A stretch of DNA of 64,000 bases from contig NW_027271562.1 of NCBI RefSeq assembly GCF_040938485.1, positions 186,001 through 250,000 on the forward strand. The letters are read 5' to 3'. Shown here piece after piece: positions 1 to 44,600 of the stretch; positions within the stretch are counted from its first letter, which is position 1; the number at the start of each line of letters is the position of its first letter. Position numbers and translations under genes: made by a program. Below the pieces are notes generated by a model. It did no database searches, was not told the DNA's origin, and saw only the letters and a list, made by a program, of their open reading frames with translations. The stretch comes from Diadema antillarum (Eukaryota).

Positions 1-79
1 GGTACATACAAATGGGTTACGAGAGCGAGAGCGTGCAGTGACTACACGTGCTGTGCGGGCAGGAAGACGGGCGAGACAC

Positions 80-188
80 ATGAAATTTGATATGTCTCTT
101 AATGATGTAATCCTCTTTCATATAAAATAGTTCACAATTCGTTTTTCAGAGAATTTCAAAAGTTACAAAAATGCTTCAGACACCCTAC
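80..188 (+). repeat. Interspersed repeat with an inverted copy at about 4981-5090
   Basis: Reverse-complement alignment ending CAGACACCCTA. Confidence 0.6.
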
Positions 189-189
189 T

Positions 190-560
190 AAAACACGTAC
201 CTCGCATGTGATTGGCTTACAGATTCAAAATGGCGACTTACAGCTAGCGAGCGGCGATGTTGCGATATGGATAAAATTTCTGCGTTATAACCTAGTTACT
301 GTGAGTATTTCGATTGCACAATGTGAGAAATTTACCCCAAATACTGCTGCATAATGTGTCATGTCATGTCAAACTTGTTTGAATGTAAAAAAGCTGTCTG
401 GAATTTGGTTTATCGTAACGTTTGATCTGTGCGCGACTACTCCACACAGGTGCCGGAATCATTGACTTCGGTCTGTATAATAATGAGGGGATCCGTGAAG
501 GGAGAAGCAGTCTCCGCAGAACATTCCCCGACGACCAGATACAGACCAATCTTCGGTCAA
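190..560 (+). repeat. Interspersed repeat with an inverted copy at about 8415-8810
   Basis: Shared blocks ATAATGTGTCATGTCATGTCAAACTTGTTTGAATGTAAAAAAGCTG and GGGGATCCGTGAAG. Confidence 0.75.
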
Positions 561-1920
561 GGGAGATACTTCCCCGTACGAGACCTCGAATCCTACAATC
601 CGCAGCCGCTTAAACTGTGTAGACTGTCATATTAGATTATCTACATAGCATAAATTTACAGCAGGCAAACTTTAGTGTCCAGTGCGAGCGCAAGCTCGCT
701 CTTGAAAACGCTCTTGAAAACCCAACAGCTTGCAAAATGCAAGGCTTGCGCGCTGTCTGCGCTGAATGCCACGAGACGCTTGCACAGCTCAGCAAAATTC
801 ACAAAGTGAACCCACAATACCTACAAAGTGACAAGAGTAACTGCGGCAGTAAGCGGCCGTGCAGCTGTTCGCGGCAGGTATAACACACACAGTAATATAC
901 CGCTAAACACAGCATTGCACTGTTACATGCACACTACACATATACTAACACACTAGCCTGACCAGACCGCTGTGCGAAGCACAGCGGTCTGACATGTATT
1001 AGTGTTCAAACGTTGTAAACGACCGTCACTATTGACGGCAAAATCACATAAAATGCCTTTTATTTTGTTTGATTTTTAGAGTAAGATAATTTTTACCACG
1101 TATTTTCCTGATGGTTGAGTTGAATTCAGCGTTTTGTTGGTATCCAGACCTTACTGTTGAATTTTTCGGAGTAGATTGTGCGGTGGCATCTTTTCCTTCG
1201 AGAGCTTCACAAAATCAACAATCTACCACGCATGCGCAACCTGAAGTGGTTGCGTTTTACGTACGCCCATGCGCCCGTGCGTTTTATGTGTTACGTACGT
1301 AAAGCTACAGCACTCGTATCCGTGCGTGCTGCGCCGGCAATGATTTGACCTTTTTATGGGTCACCCCGACTAGCTCATCACTTCCGCCCCGACTACCTAC
1401 GTTGTAGTATATGAGAGTGAATGCCATTCAAATAACACGCAGATGAGGAGTGAAGCAATACGGACGTTTACTGACCTGAATTTGGCCACGGATTTCGGTG
1501 AGTTTTAGACATAATTTTAAAAAAAAAATCGCATACCAATTATTGAATGATTATCATAGATTACGGTGATTCCTTATATTTTAGTTTTCCACGATTAATA
1601 AAGATATTCATGAAGGAAACGTACACCCACCGCTGAAAAATAACGTCTGCGAAGGAATAGGCGTGCAGCCACTGTCGCTTCACGACAGCGGCTGCGTGTA
1701 GTTACTAACACACTAGCAATCAACAAAAACCAACCGATAAAATGGGCACGATTTCTGACGAAAGTGAAATTTTCTCACCTAAATGACAACATATCGCTTC
1801 CAAAATAAAATTTTCGGTACTTCTTAACATAACATTAACAATTAAGAAATAATGATCCAAGAAACTTGATTTTTTGTCGTTTTCCCGATGCTCATGGATT
1901 TTGAAAACATATCCTCACAT

Positions 1921-2280
1921 AAATTTCTTTTATGAAAACAATTGCGTTAATGAATAATCTTGTCTATGATATATGAAATGGTTGAAAATAATTTGCCTGA
2001 TTTGTTTACAAGTTAGAAAAACCTGTAACTATAATGGCTCAATGCTTAAACTGCCGCAAACGGGATATTTTACTCTAGAGTAAAATATCCCGTTGGCTCA
2101 ATGCTTAAACTGCCGCAAACGGGATATTTTACTCTAGAGTAAAATATCCCGTTTGCAGCAGTTTAAGCATTGTTAAGGGTTTTTCCAACTTGTAAACAAA
2201 TCAGGCAAATTATTTTCAACCATTTCATATATCATAGACAAGATTATTCATTAACGCAATTGTTTTCATAAAAGAAATTT
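1921..2280. repeat. 360-bp AT-rich palindrome with a 59-bp tandem duplication at its centre
   Basis: 1921-2023 pairs with about 2178-2280; units 2035-2093 and 2094-2152 each contain the perfect 34-bp palindrome ACGGGATATTTTACTCTAGAGTAAAATATCCCGT. Confidence 0.9.
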
Positions 2281-2939
2281 ACCATTGACCAACGCAGTTT
2301 TCATGATTTACCAGGGCAAAACCCGGCACGATTTTCACCGATGAGGGCGATATGCGACGTAGTAAGTGTATTTCTGCTTGCGGCACGATGTACAATCCCT
2401 ATGCAATACACGCGTGCTCCGCGATCTTTAGCTGAACGCCTTCACATGTCTCGCGAACATTGCGTAAGCGCCAATTCCCATTGCGAAATCACGTGAAAAT
2501 AGCGGGCGCACATGCATTGGCCGCAAACAAGATCGCAATTCTGGCGGTGTTGTTGATGTCTTTCTCGTGTTTTTCTCATTTTTTTTCAATGGTAACATCC
2601 ACTTTCCGAAAAAAATGGCGGCCCACATCGGCTCGCGAAAGTTCTATTTTACGTGAGGATATGTTGTCAAAATCCATGAACATCGAGAAAACAACAAAAA
2701 ATAAAGTTTCTCGGACCATTGTTTCTTAACTGTTATGTTAAGAAATACCGAAAATTTCATTTTGGATGCGATATGTTGTCATTTAGGTGAGAAAATTTCA
2801 CTTTCGTCAGAGATCGTGCCCATTTTATCGGTTGGTTTTTGTTGATTGCTAATGTGTTAGTATATATGAGTAGAGTGCATGTAAAATTTAACCAGTGCAA
2901 TGGCCAATGCAGTGTTTAGCGGTATATTACCGTGTATGT

Positions 2940-3701
2940 CAGTTCGGGAAACCCACTCACAAGGGGGGCCCCTCCTTATAAGTAACCCATCCCCCTTATA
3001 AGTAACCCCGTCCCCCTTATAAGTAACCCCCGGGGCACCCCTTATAAGGAGTCTCCACGCTTTTTTGCAATGCAACGCGAAAATGAAAGGACTGCGGCAA
3101 TTCGCTTGATTATGTCCATAAAGCTTCACAAGTTTCCTAGACCGTGGTCTAGTTACTCACGAAATTTGAGCAAAATCGGTTTGAGGCATCATATCTAAAA
3201 TCATGGATTTAAATGCGATGTCAAACGACCCATGCGAATGCTGAAATGCGAGCGATTACTGGCGTGAGTGTCGCCAGGCGCGGCGGCGCGGCAAATGCTT
3301 GAGTGCAGACGTGGCGACTGTGTACATGTACTCAGTCGCCACGTCTGCACTCAAGCATTGCCGCGCCGCCGCGCCTGGCGACACTCGCGCCAGTAATCGC
3401 TCGCATTTCAGCATTCGCATGGGTCGTTTGACATCGCATTTAAATCCATGATTTTAGATATGATGCCTCAAACCGATTTTGCTCAAATTTCGTGAGTAAC
3501 TAGGAAACTTGTGAAGCTTTATGGACATAATCAAGCGAATTGCCGCAGTCCTTTCATTTTCGCGTTGCATTGCAAAAAAGCGTGGAGACTCCTTATAAGG
3601 GGTGCCCCGGGGGTTACTTATAAGGGGGACGGGGTTTACTTATAAGGGGGACGGGTTACTTATAAGGAGGGGCCCCCCTTGTGAGTGGGTTTCCCGAACT
3701 G
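2940..3701. mobile_element. 762-bp spacerless palindromic (foldback/MITE-like) element
   Basis: Arms differ by 3 substitutions, two 1-nt indels and one 12-nt insertion; centre GTACATGTAC at 3322-3331; ATGT duplicated on both flanks; subterminal CCCTTATAAGTAACCC repeats. Confidence 0.88.
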
Positions 3702-4379
3702 ATGTTGTAGAAATACCTGCCGCGAACGGCTGCACGGCCGCTTACTGACGCAGTTACTCTAGTTTGCTGACAAAGGTGAACAGGTACGATCGAAACAAGT
3801 AAATCATACTACTAGACTAGTCTATAAACATCACAATACCATACACAGAATTCCCAAAACAAAACATACGGTCACAGCCTGGGTTACACATTTCATGCCG
3901 TAGGCGTAAGCATACTGCACTGGCAGTGGAAGATGATGACCGTAGGCCTACTGCGTGCGTTATTACGGCATCATTACCGGTACGTGAATTAATAACGTGA
4001 TTTGTCGTTAAGATTTGGGCACTTTAGTCCCCACAACGCACATCTTTAATCAAGAGTCTTATACTCTGAGATGAATCGTAACATATTCATTTGTTTGCCT
4101 GTTTTAGAGAGAAGGATGAACAATGCTTATGTTAGATTTTATCCGATTTTTTACACCTTTATCAGTGTGTTGAGTACCTAGGTCACGGACTTCAAGTGAA
4201 AAAGGACCGTCAAAGAGGGTTGCATTGCCAATTTAAGTTTATTTCAGCTAAAGTGCTTATATTTCACTTTTGAAAATATTTATTGTGTAATAAAAATTCT
4301 AAAAAATATATATTAATGATAAAAGAATATATTTTGGATAAAAAGAATCAAAGAATTATTGATATGATATAAATAATAT

Positions 4380-4483
4380 CCTTTAAGAAAAAATACGTCC
4401 AATCGTCACAGCCTCGCAGTTTCCACATTTGTGAAAGGAGACGTTCCAATTTTCCCACAAATAAGTCAAGAAAAACAGTAGTT
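4380..4483 (+). promoter_or_regulatory. Putative DDX3 core promoter / 5' UTR
   Basis: CCAAT at 4399-4403 and Inr-like GCAGTT near 4416-4421 just upstream of the ATG; transcription start site not determinable from sequence. Confidence 0.3.
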
Positions 4484-36671
<32,188 letters not shown>

Positions 36672-39600
36672 ACCTGCCCTCAAGGAAAAAGCAAGCATGT
36701 TTGGTTTGGGCACACCAGTAAGATATCGTAGGCATGGAGTAAGTCTATTTGACTCCTTGAGTTGTTTTTAGGGTTTTTTTTTTTTTTTTCTTAGTTTTGG
36801 CCTCTGCCCTGAAGCATGCAGAAATCTTGATTCTCTCTTTTTCTCTTTCTGAATGTATAAGTGTATCTTGTAGTTTATTATTAGGGAAAGTTACTTCATC
36901 AGTTCATTAGATTATCAAGCATATATAGGCCATATCGCTTGACATTCCATGCAGATTGTAATTTCTCAGTCTGTGTGGATTGCAGTGAAAACGTTGTGAT
37001 CCTGTTGAGTCGTAAAAGCAGTTTACGTGAGATCTTAGTGGTAGACCGAGACTGTGTATTTATTATGTACAGTGATGTATTTCAGCAGTGGATTTACATA
37101 GTTGGTTTGACACATTCATTATCGATCGATTGTACGGAGATAACGGATGGTTAGATTAACCTTTCTGCAAGGGTGGTTCAGAGTAGGTCCATAAAGACAA
37201 AAACAACAACAAATTAAAAAAAAACTAATCCTTGCAGGTTTGGTTGATGTGGAACGAAACTGCACAAAACCAAGCTGGCAAAAAAAGAGAAAAAATAGAA
37301 AAAAAGGGAAAAGAAACAAATGTGGAAACTGCAAACTAAATTTGAAGTCTGATTCATATTGCACTCTGCGAGAGAACAGTGTGGTGTGAACTCCACTCTG
37401 GTCTGGAAGCATCTGGTTGTCGGCTGAGTGCACTATGGACCAGAGAGATGGGGAGCTCATCTCACAAACTGAGGCTATGCGCAGATGAGATTTCTGTGAG
37501 AAGTCGATCTCGTGCTCACCACGAGGTGGTCTTTGCGTAGTATTCTGCCTTGGCGCATTCTTGTCCTTTTGAGTGGAAAAATGCTCATTGTATATTGATG
37601 GACGGCACGGCTGTGCTGCTACTCGTGTTTCATAAAAACAGTACCACTATGTGTAGTCTTTGTGAATTTAAAAGTAAGTTTAGAGTCAAACTGTGAGCAC
37701 AAGAAGTCTAGACAGCATGTAATGGAAGAAGAAGCAGTAGTTGCTGCTGTCACCTTAGCATTAGCTTGTGTTTACTCACCATAAGCAGCATGTTAGTTTG
37801 TGATCTTATTTTGAGTAAAAGAAAACTTTGTACTTGTGATTTGTGTAAGCTTTCCATGCAACGGACTAAAAAAAAAAAAGTGAAGATTTATCCAAGATGG
37901 AGCTTGTAGCTCAACAGCACCGCATCTCCAACTAAAGAGAACAGTGCGGACAGCAAGAGCGCCCCCTGTCTTCTGCTCTGGTTTGTGAAAATGGATGACA
38001 GAAGCCTCAACATGCTGTCCACGCTCACTCGGTTAGCAGAGAATGTGCAAACATATGCAAGAAGAGGAAAAAAAAATCGAGTAACATGCAATGATACGGT
38101 GTTTCGTGTAAGTGCACAAAGAATAGCATACATCTGGATGTAAACTCGGTTAGCCTGTTGCAAGCTATGGGGACTCAATGCCCGTGTGGTTTTCAACAAA
38201 TGGAAGCTGGGTTGTGGGTGGGTTGGCAAAACAGAAGGGGAGCAACATTCTGGTACACATATTTTTCAAAATTTTTTGATTATGTCAGGAGGCATACCAA
38301 CAGGCATGTTTCAGTGGAAGTAGCATGGATGCTTTTTGATACATGCACCAGTTTACCTTCGCACCTTAATAGTTGTTTTTCTCTCCATCTTTTGTTCTGC
38401 GGGATTGAGGTTTTTACATGCAAACTGAAGGTAATCTTAGGCACTTTTCACAAACAGGGTTGAAAATGAATGAAGGACACTTCGTGAGCACAACTAGCAG
38501 TAATTTTAGAAGGAATTTATGGTACTTTTGCATTTTCTGTGAATTCAGGATGTTCAATTAGACGATAATAGTAACAGTCATAATTAGACCTGACTGCGCA
38601 AGTACTCAACCCAAGTTTTGTCGGAAACCACACGGGGGCCCCAAAATGTGTCTACAAGCCATCTGTTCCACTAACACATGAGCTTCATGAGCCAAGTGAT
38701 TTGTTGATGTCTCATATAATATTATAGCTGGTAGCGAAATGGTGGGAATGCATGTACAGCTTGCAGCAAGATTGTAACCAGAGCAGAGAAAGCTTATGAA
38801 GCGTATTGTGTTGCATGCATTGTTTGTTCAGATGTGGTTTTTTTTTTTCTTTTTTTTTTTTTTAAAGAAGTCACATCGTTTTGATATTTTTTTGTTGTTG
38901 TTGCTAGACTTCGTAAGTTTGTTTGTGTAGGTGCTCCATCAAAAAGCGAGTTTTGGAGTTTCCACATCCGTAAAGAATTAAATAAGTTTTGTGTCTTATT
39001 GATATTTGGATGTGTGTGTTGTAGATTTAGCTTGTTCAAAAATGTTTGACTGCTTGAAAAGATAAAGAGAAAACAAATGCAGACTTTTCATGCATATGTA
39101 TGAGCTTAGAATGAACTCTGTTGTTCCATACTTTATGAGAGGTGTTCAAAAGTCAGTATAGTTTTTATGAAAAGAGCAGGTTCGTGAGAAACAAAATTAA
39201 GAAATTTAAAAAAAAGTAAGATCTGTCTTGTGGAACCAACCTGCAAATTGTCATCAGAAGAACGTATCTAGCATGCCTGTGTCCGTTCTGAGAATTTTTA
39301 TTTTTCTTTTCTGTCCCACGGAAGAGGAATACGGTATCTCAGAAGAGCACCTATACATAAACCAAAGAGGGCTGTGTTCACTTTTCGGAGCGCAGCAATA
39401 AATGACAATTCAGGAGTTTAGTAAGAGAATTTATTGAAAAGAAACAGATCAATTACTCTTGACCTGTATTTCGTTACCGCTTATTTTACTGGTAAGTTAT
39501 CCTAATCCTGTGTATTCAGTCAGAGATTTGAAACTGATGTTGAGAAGAAGCAGGGCATTGAATCAGATTGACTTTCTGCAGGGCAGAGTAAACATTGTGA

Positions 39601-41410
39601 GATATCACGTCCGACGTCCTTCCTCCATTGTTTTGTAGAGACATGTTTGTGTGCCACATAAGGAGGTCGCAAATCTTGTTCAAATGTCAATTTCTCTCAG
39701 CATTATGTATCTGGCTCTGAAGAATTCAAAACTCGTAGAGCAAGGTTTCACATTATTATGACGCATTTCAAGTACTGTGTACAGTTTCCTGCCCAACTAC
39801 AAATCCATTTTTTGTGATGTAAAAATATGTGATTGCATCGTGTTGGCAACGGGTCGAAAATCTGAATACTTCGCCTACTGAAGACTTTGAAATGTTGCTG
39901 ATAAATTCTATGTTTGTGTCACGAAATTCAATAATGGTACCCACAGTAGTAAGAAACGCTCTGATTGTATGCCGTGGGTACGTTGATATCTTGTTACACA
40001 AGTCTGTTTGTGCATGATTTTCCCCGATTCCCAATGCGACCCCCTCTGACTTTTGTCTAACGTAAAAATATGATGCTATGTGATATTTGTTCTCCATGAT
40101 ACCCCCATGTCTTTGCACTCAGTTGTGCGGGAAGCATTTTCTCGCTTCTCATTCTGTTGAGAGTTTTATATCAAATGCCAAGTAAACTTTAAAAGCAAGC
40201 AGTGCTTTATAAACGTTGCAGCCTTGCTTTTTTTTTTTTTTACCGACAGAGTACATGCAGGGTTGTTCTTGAATGTAACGGAATTTCCATTCAAGATCAA
40301 CCGTGACAGAAGAGTGAAATTTCTCCTTTTCGAGCAGGCCTCATGCCACGTCCGTTGAAACTTCTTACATGTCTTGAGATAATCCCTTCCCCCAGCTCTT
40401 TATTTCTTTCCAGTTCATTTCCTCCCTTCCCACAACGCTGCGCGCGAAAACGAATGAATATCTCGTAGACCGGGAAACACAGACATCACCAACTTTGTAT
40501 ACCCAGATTTATTCATTTTCTTTGATATAAGTATTAGGCAGTATGGAATGAATTACTTATTTGCATCCTTTTCAGAAATTCACTTTGAGCAAATCAAGTA
40601 AGAAAAAGAACTGTTGAAAATGTTGCTTAAATTGTCTTGACCTATTTAAGAATTTACTGCACAACAATATGCAACATCTTCTTTCCTTTTAGATTTTTTT
40701 TTGAGGAAAAAGAACATATCTGTTTGATGAAGCCAATTTCTTGCTTCAGTAAACCTAATATGAGCTGTCATATGATCACTTTTCTTTCTATTTTTTTTTC
40801 TCTTATTGGCCACAAAAATATATATATTTTTGCAAAGTAAAATAATAATGTGACTAGTGCCTTTTTTTGTGTAAAGATCAGTGTTTCTTGCTATTGACAA
40901 GGAGACATTCCACATGAAAAGAAAGTGAAAGTAGGACAGTATTGTGCACACAAAATGTAATCCATTGTTGCTCGTGTTGGATGAGCACAAGTCAAGAGTT
41001 CTGTGGATACTAACTGCCTTTTTTTGTATTTTTATATATGAAGACTGACTTTCCTTTTGTTACATATTTATCAGGGCTATGTAATGGATATTTATGTCAG
41101 CTGTTGTCTCATATGGCCACCTTACATGATTTGTAGTACAAAAAAAAAAGTTTTTAGAATGAGTCATATATTTTTGATTTTGTTTTTCTTCATTCAGTTG
41201 TATCTCGAAGGAATAAAATTGTGGTTTTATGCCAAAGAATCAGTGCACCAAAGCTCTGTGCATCTTAAATCTGGTTTACAGCAGTGAAGGAATGTCTCCT
41301 ATTCTTCCAAGAAAATTTTTGCTTGATCTATTTTTGGATTTATTGTTTTAATTTTTTAGGGTTTTTTTCTTCTTTTTTATAAATGAAATAAAAAATTCAT
41401 GTTTCTATTG
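36672..41410 (+). other. DDX3: Probable long (about 4.7 kb) DDX3 3' UTR; may extend further
   Basis: U-rich, nearly free of recognisable transposons, no coding ORF; AATAAA at 41387-41392 followed by a GT/T-rich tract. Confidence 0.45.
41387..41392 (+). terminator. Candidate polyadenylation signal AATAAA
   Basis: Hexamer with upstream U-rich tract and downstream gtttctattgtctg; other AATAAA hexamers exist nearby. Confidence 0.4.
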
Positions 41411-41618
41411 TCTGGATTATATATATAGTCCAGATGTTCCATCCTAGCAGCGTCCACAGCTTCAGTTCTCTTTAGCGATTTTGGTGCACGACATCATCAA
41501 AGCATTTTCTTCCGACGGTGCGCTGGCGTCCCCACACGCTCACTGATATGATCACTGCGAAATGCCTATTGTGCCGCTATTTCATGTGTACTATACTACG
41601 GCTGGAGCAACGGTGAAC

Positions 41619-41640
41619 CAGGGAGGTGTAAACCTCCCTG
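41619..41640. mobile_element. 22-bp hairpin insertion CAGGGAGGT-GTAA-ACCTCCCTG
   Basis: Flanked by GGTGAAC / GGTAAAC (6 of 7 match). Confidence 0.6.
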
Positions 41641-44600
41641 GGTAAACTTTACGGTGCTTTATGACAGTGACTGATATTAGTTTGCAACCCAGTGTGACAT
41701 GCGTCCTTTATGCTTTTCAAGCCCAAATAGCTTTACAGACCGAAACAGCATCTTTGTCTGTGTACACTGTGTAAAGCAGCTGACATTGAAACAATTCATG
41801 TGTACTTTTTGTCTCTCTTTTTTTTTTTACTCTTTTTTGAAGCTTTTTATCGCTTCATTCTTACATTGGAGTCCTAAACCTGCAATTATGACGTCAGTTG
41901 CAAATCAGAAAGGTGCCGACTCTGTGATCATTTGCAGGTTTTCAGCGGACTCTCTTGAAACTGAAGATTTACTGTAATCTGCCCATTCTGCAAGCTTTGC
42001 TTTATGATGCATTTCATGGCAAAATTCCAAAGAACTGGCATGCTTTGTCTCCCTTGAAACTTTTAAAGAGGAATTGAACAAGGAATTTTGAGTATTTTTC
42101 ACAAATGCATGGAGCCATGGCAGAATACTTGGTTTTCTCTCTTTCCTTTGTGCACATGGCATATAGCAACCATTAAAAATAAATCTTTTTGTTTGTATTT
42201 TCTTTAATCCTCAATATCAGCAATACTTTGCAAAAATACCATAATTGAGAATAAAATGTCTATTTGCTTTGTTGTGCAGTGGGAATATATTGCACAGGTA
42301 TGAGGTGTGAAACTAGCCTTTGTTTACTGCACCATAACATGCTATACCCCATTGCCAATTTGACTATTGTATATTTATCTGTTTGCCAATCTGCAGAGAT
42401 TTTTCTTAACTGGATTGGAAATGAAACAATATTCTACTTTATTTTGTTATGAGGTGTCTTTTAAAAGTAGTAACAGAGAAAATTGCATTATGAGAATTTT
42501 ACAAGATAATGTTAAGATCTTAGAGCTAAGCCTGAAAAAAAATAATAAATGTAAAAAGGAAAGATTAGTGTTTGAGCATATTTTCCTTTTTTTTTTTCTT
42601 GCTAAATCTGTCCTCTTGTTTATATTGAATGATTAAATATCTCAGGATAATGAAAAGGAGTCCCTAGTACTACTGAAAACATATGCACATGTGTGTTACA
42701 GTTGTTGTGTGTGCATGTGTTCCACACTAAATCAATGTCTTGTGTGTAAGTTGTGTTCTGTACAGGGATTCCTGCAATACTTGTAACATTTCATATGGAA
42801 AGCCTGACAGTCGTTTATTTGTGGATTGCCAGAAATTTGCAGTAACCAATTCCTTTCCATCGTGTGCCTCCAGAATATCTTGCTTGTCTTTGCAAAGTGC
42901 GGTTATAAGGGGGAGGTGTTTTGGCACGTTTTCTTTGTGCAGGTGTGAGCCATTATGGCAGACCATTGGATGTTACGAGTGGATCTGTGAAAATCAATTC
43001 TATGGTCTAGCTCATCGTACTTATCGCCTGCTAAGGGTGGCCACTGGTATTTCTCCATATATGCAGAAAATGGCTCAAAACTTAGCAGATCTGTCCATTT
43101 TTCACGGTCACCCATCTTACCAGTGGTCACTTGATGAAGTATTTCCCCCTTGTTGCTGTCAAAACAAGATTAGTTATACCACGTTTGGCGATGCTGCTGT
43201 AACCGGCACTCTAACACTTAGGATCAGTCCGAGGTGCTACATGATATCTAATGGGCAATTAGGGTGACAATGCCACCCAAAAGTGAGGTAAATGTTTTGT
43301 AAGGTCATGATGTAGCATTTTGAAGTTTTCGTGGGTCATGGGGAATAGTGAACACTGGAGTCTCGTTTTGGCACAAAGTGTCAGGGAGAGTACCTACATT
43401 TTAGTGTGCTTCATTTTCGGATAACTTTAGATTGAATCGCTGGACCCTTCATCATGAAGCAGCTGTTCATATTGCAATTTTAGCACCGGTTAGCAGTTTA
43501 GTATTCATTGTGTTGAGTTTTGGCATTCATCGCAGTAATTTTGAGTCTCTTCATAAAGCAGTTTGAAGTATAAAGGATAGACAAAAGGTACCAAACGCAC
43601 AAACTGTAAAGTGATTTTAGTGGTGAGGAAGGGGATGAGTGCTTATGTGCACCTTAATAAGGCAACCAAGATAGATACTCGGAATAAGGTTGGGAGGGGA
43701 GGGTTTACACGCTCGTTTATTTAGGCAGGGTTGCAAATGGAAATATCAAAATGCTTTTTAGATTTCTAAAAGTGCAATTTTGTGATAACTGATCTGGGAA
43801 AATGCTTACTCTGTACATAATTTATAGTGGCCATTGCTCATCTCATTTAAGTCATAAATATAATTGTACACAAAGTTATCCATATTTGTAAGTGTGTTTC
43901 ATCTGAAAGGAGTCCTTTGTAGTATGCATTATCACGAAAATTCTTACTGGCCTTTATTTTGTGTGACCAGAAAAATGAAAGTTACTCTTTCTGATATCTG
44001 AAAGAAAGAGATACCTTTGTCAATCATTTTTATGTTGAAAAAAAAAATCATCCTTCTTGATAGAGAAGTCATTTCATTTTCACTTAATACAGTTTGCAAA
44101 GGATTAACAAACTTTGAATTCATAGTGAGAGAGCTGTGTGATCATTCAGTATGTTTGCAATGTTGTAATTTGTTTAGAGTTGCTGTGCTAACAATGTGGG
44201 GATACAGTTTGGATAAATGGAAGAATAAGGGATTAATTGTTTGTGCTACTTCCCCATTTCAGTAGGGGATGTGCCTGTAGCAGTTACAACTCCTGTAATA
44301 TACTGAAAGCAAAACACTAGATTATCAGAAGGGTCTCTCCTCTTCATACAAACAGCAAGTGTGTAAAATGTCTACTGTACATGCTTGTGTGTGTGTGTTT
44401 GTGTGTCTGTATGTGTGCGTGTGTGTGTGTGTGTATGTGCGTGCATGCAGTTTAATAAGAGTATGGAAGCTATTGTTTTGAGGATTCCTATTACATGTAA
44501 TGTTCTCTTATTCCCTAAAATGTAAAGCAAATGAACTTTGCAGTATGATACAGTGTATGATATGAAAATGACAGTAAGAAGTGTTGCCTATCTTTGCTAT

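Larger units (their letters stand above)
834..3760. mobile_element. Older long-TIR element hosting nested insertions
   Basis: Left arm (834-957 plus 1718-1923) is the diverged reverse complement of the right arm (2648-2939 plus 3706-3760). Confidence 0.65.

Noticed and set aside
1225-1400. NRF1-like, ETS-like and GC-box motifs suggesting a divergent promoter
   Set aside because: They lie inside a nested insertion, and no associated exon or ORF could be supported
42740-43267. 175-aa Cys-rich ORF downstream of DDX3
   Set aside because: Non-ATG start, no domain or regular Cys spacing, no convincing splice context
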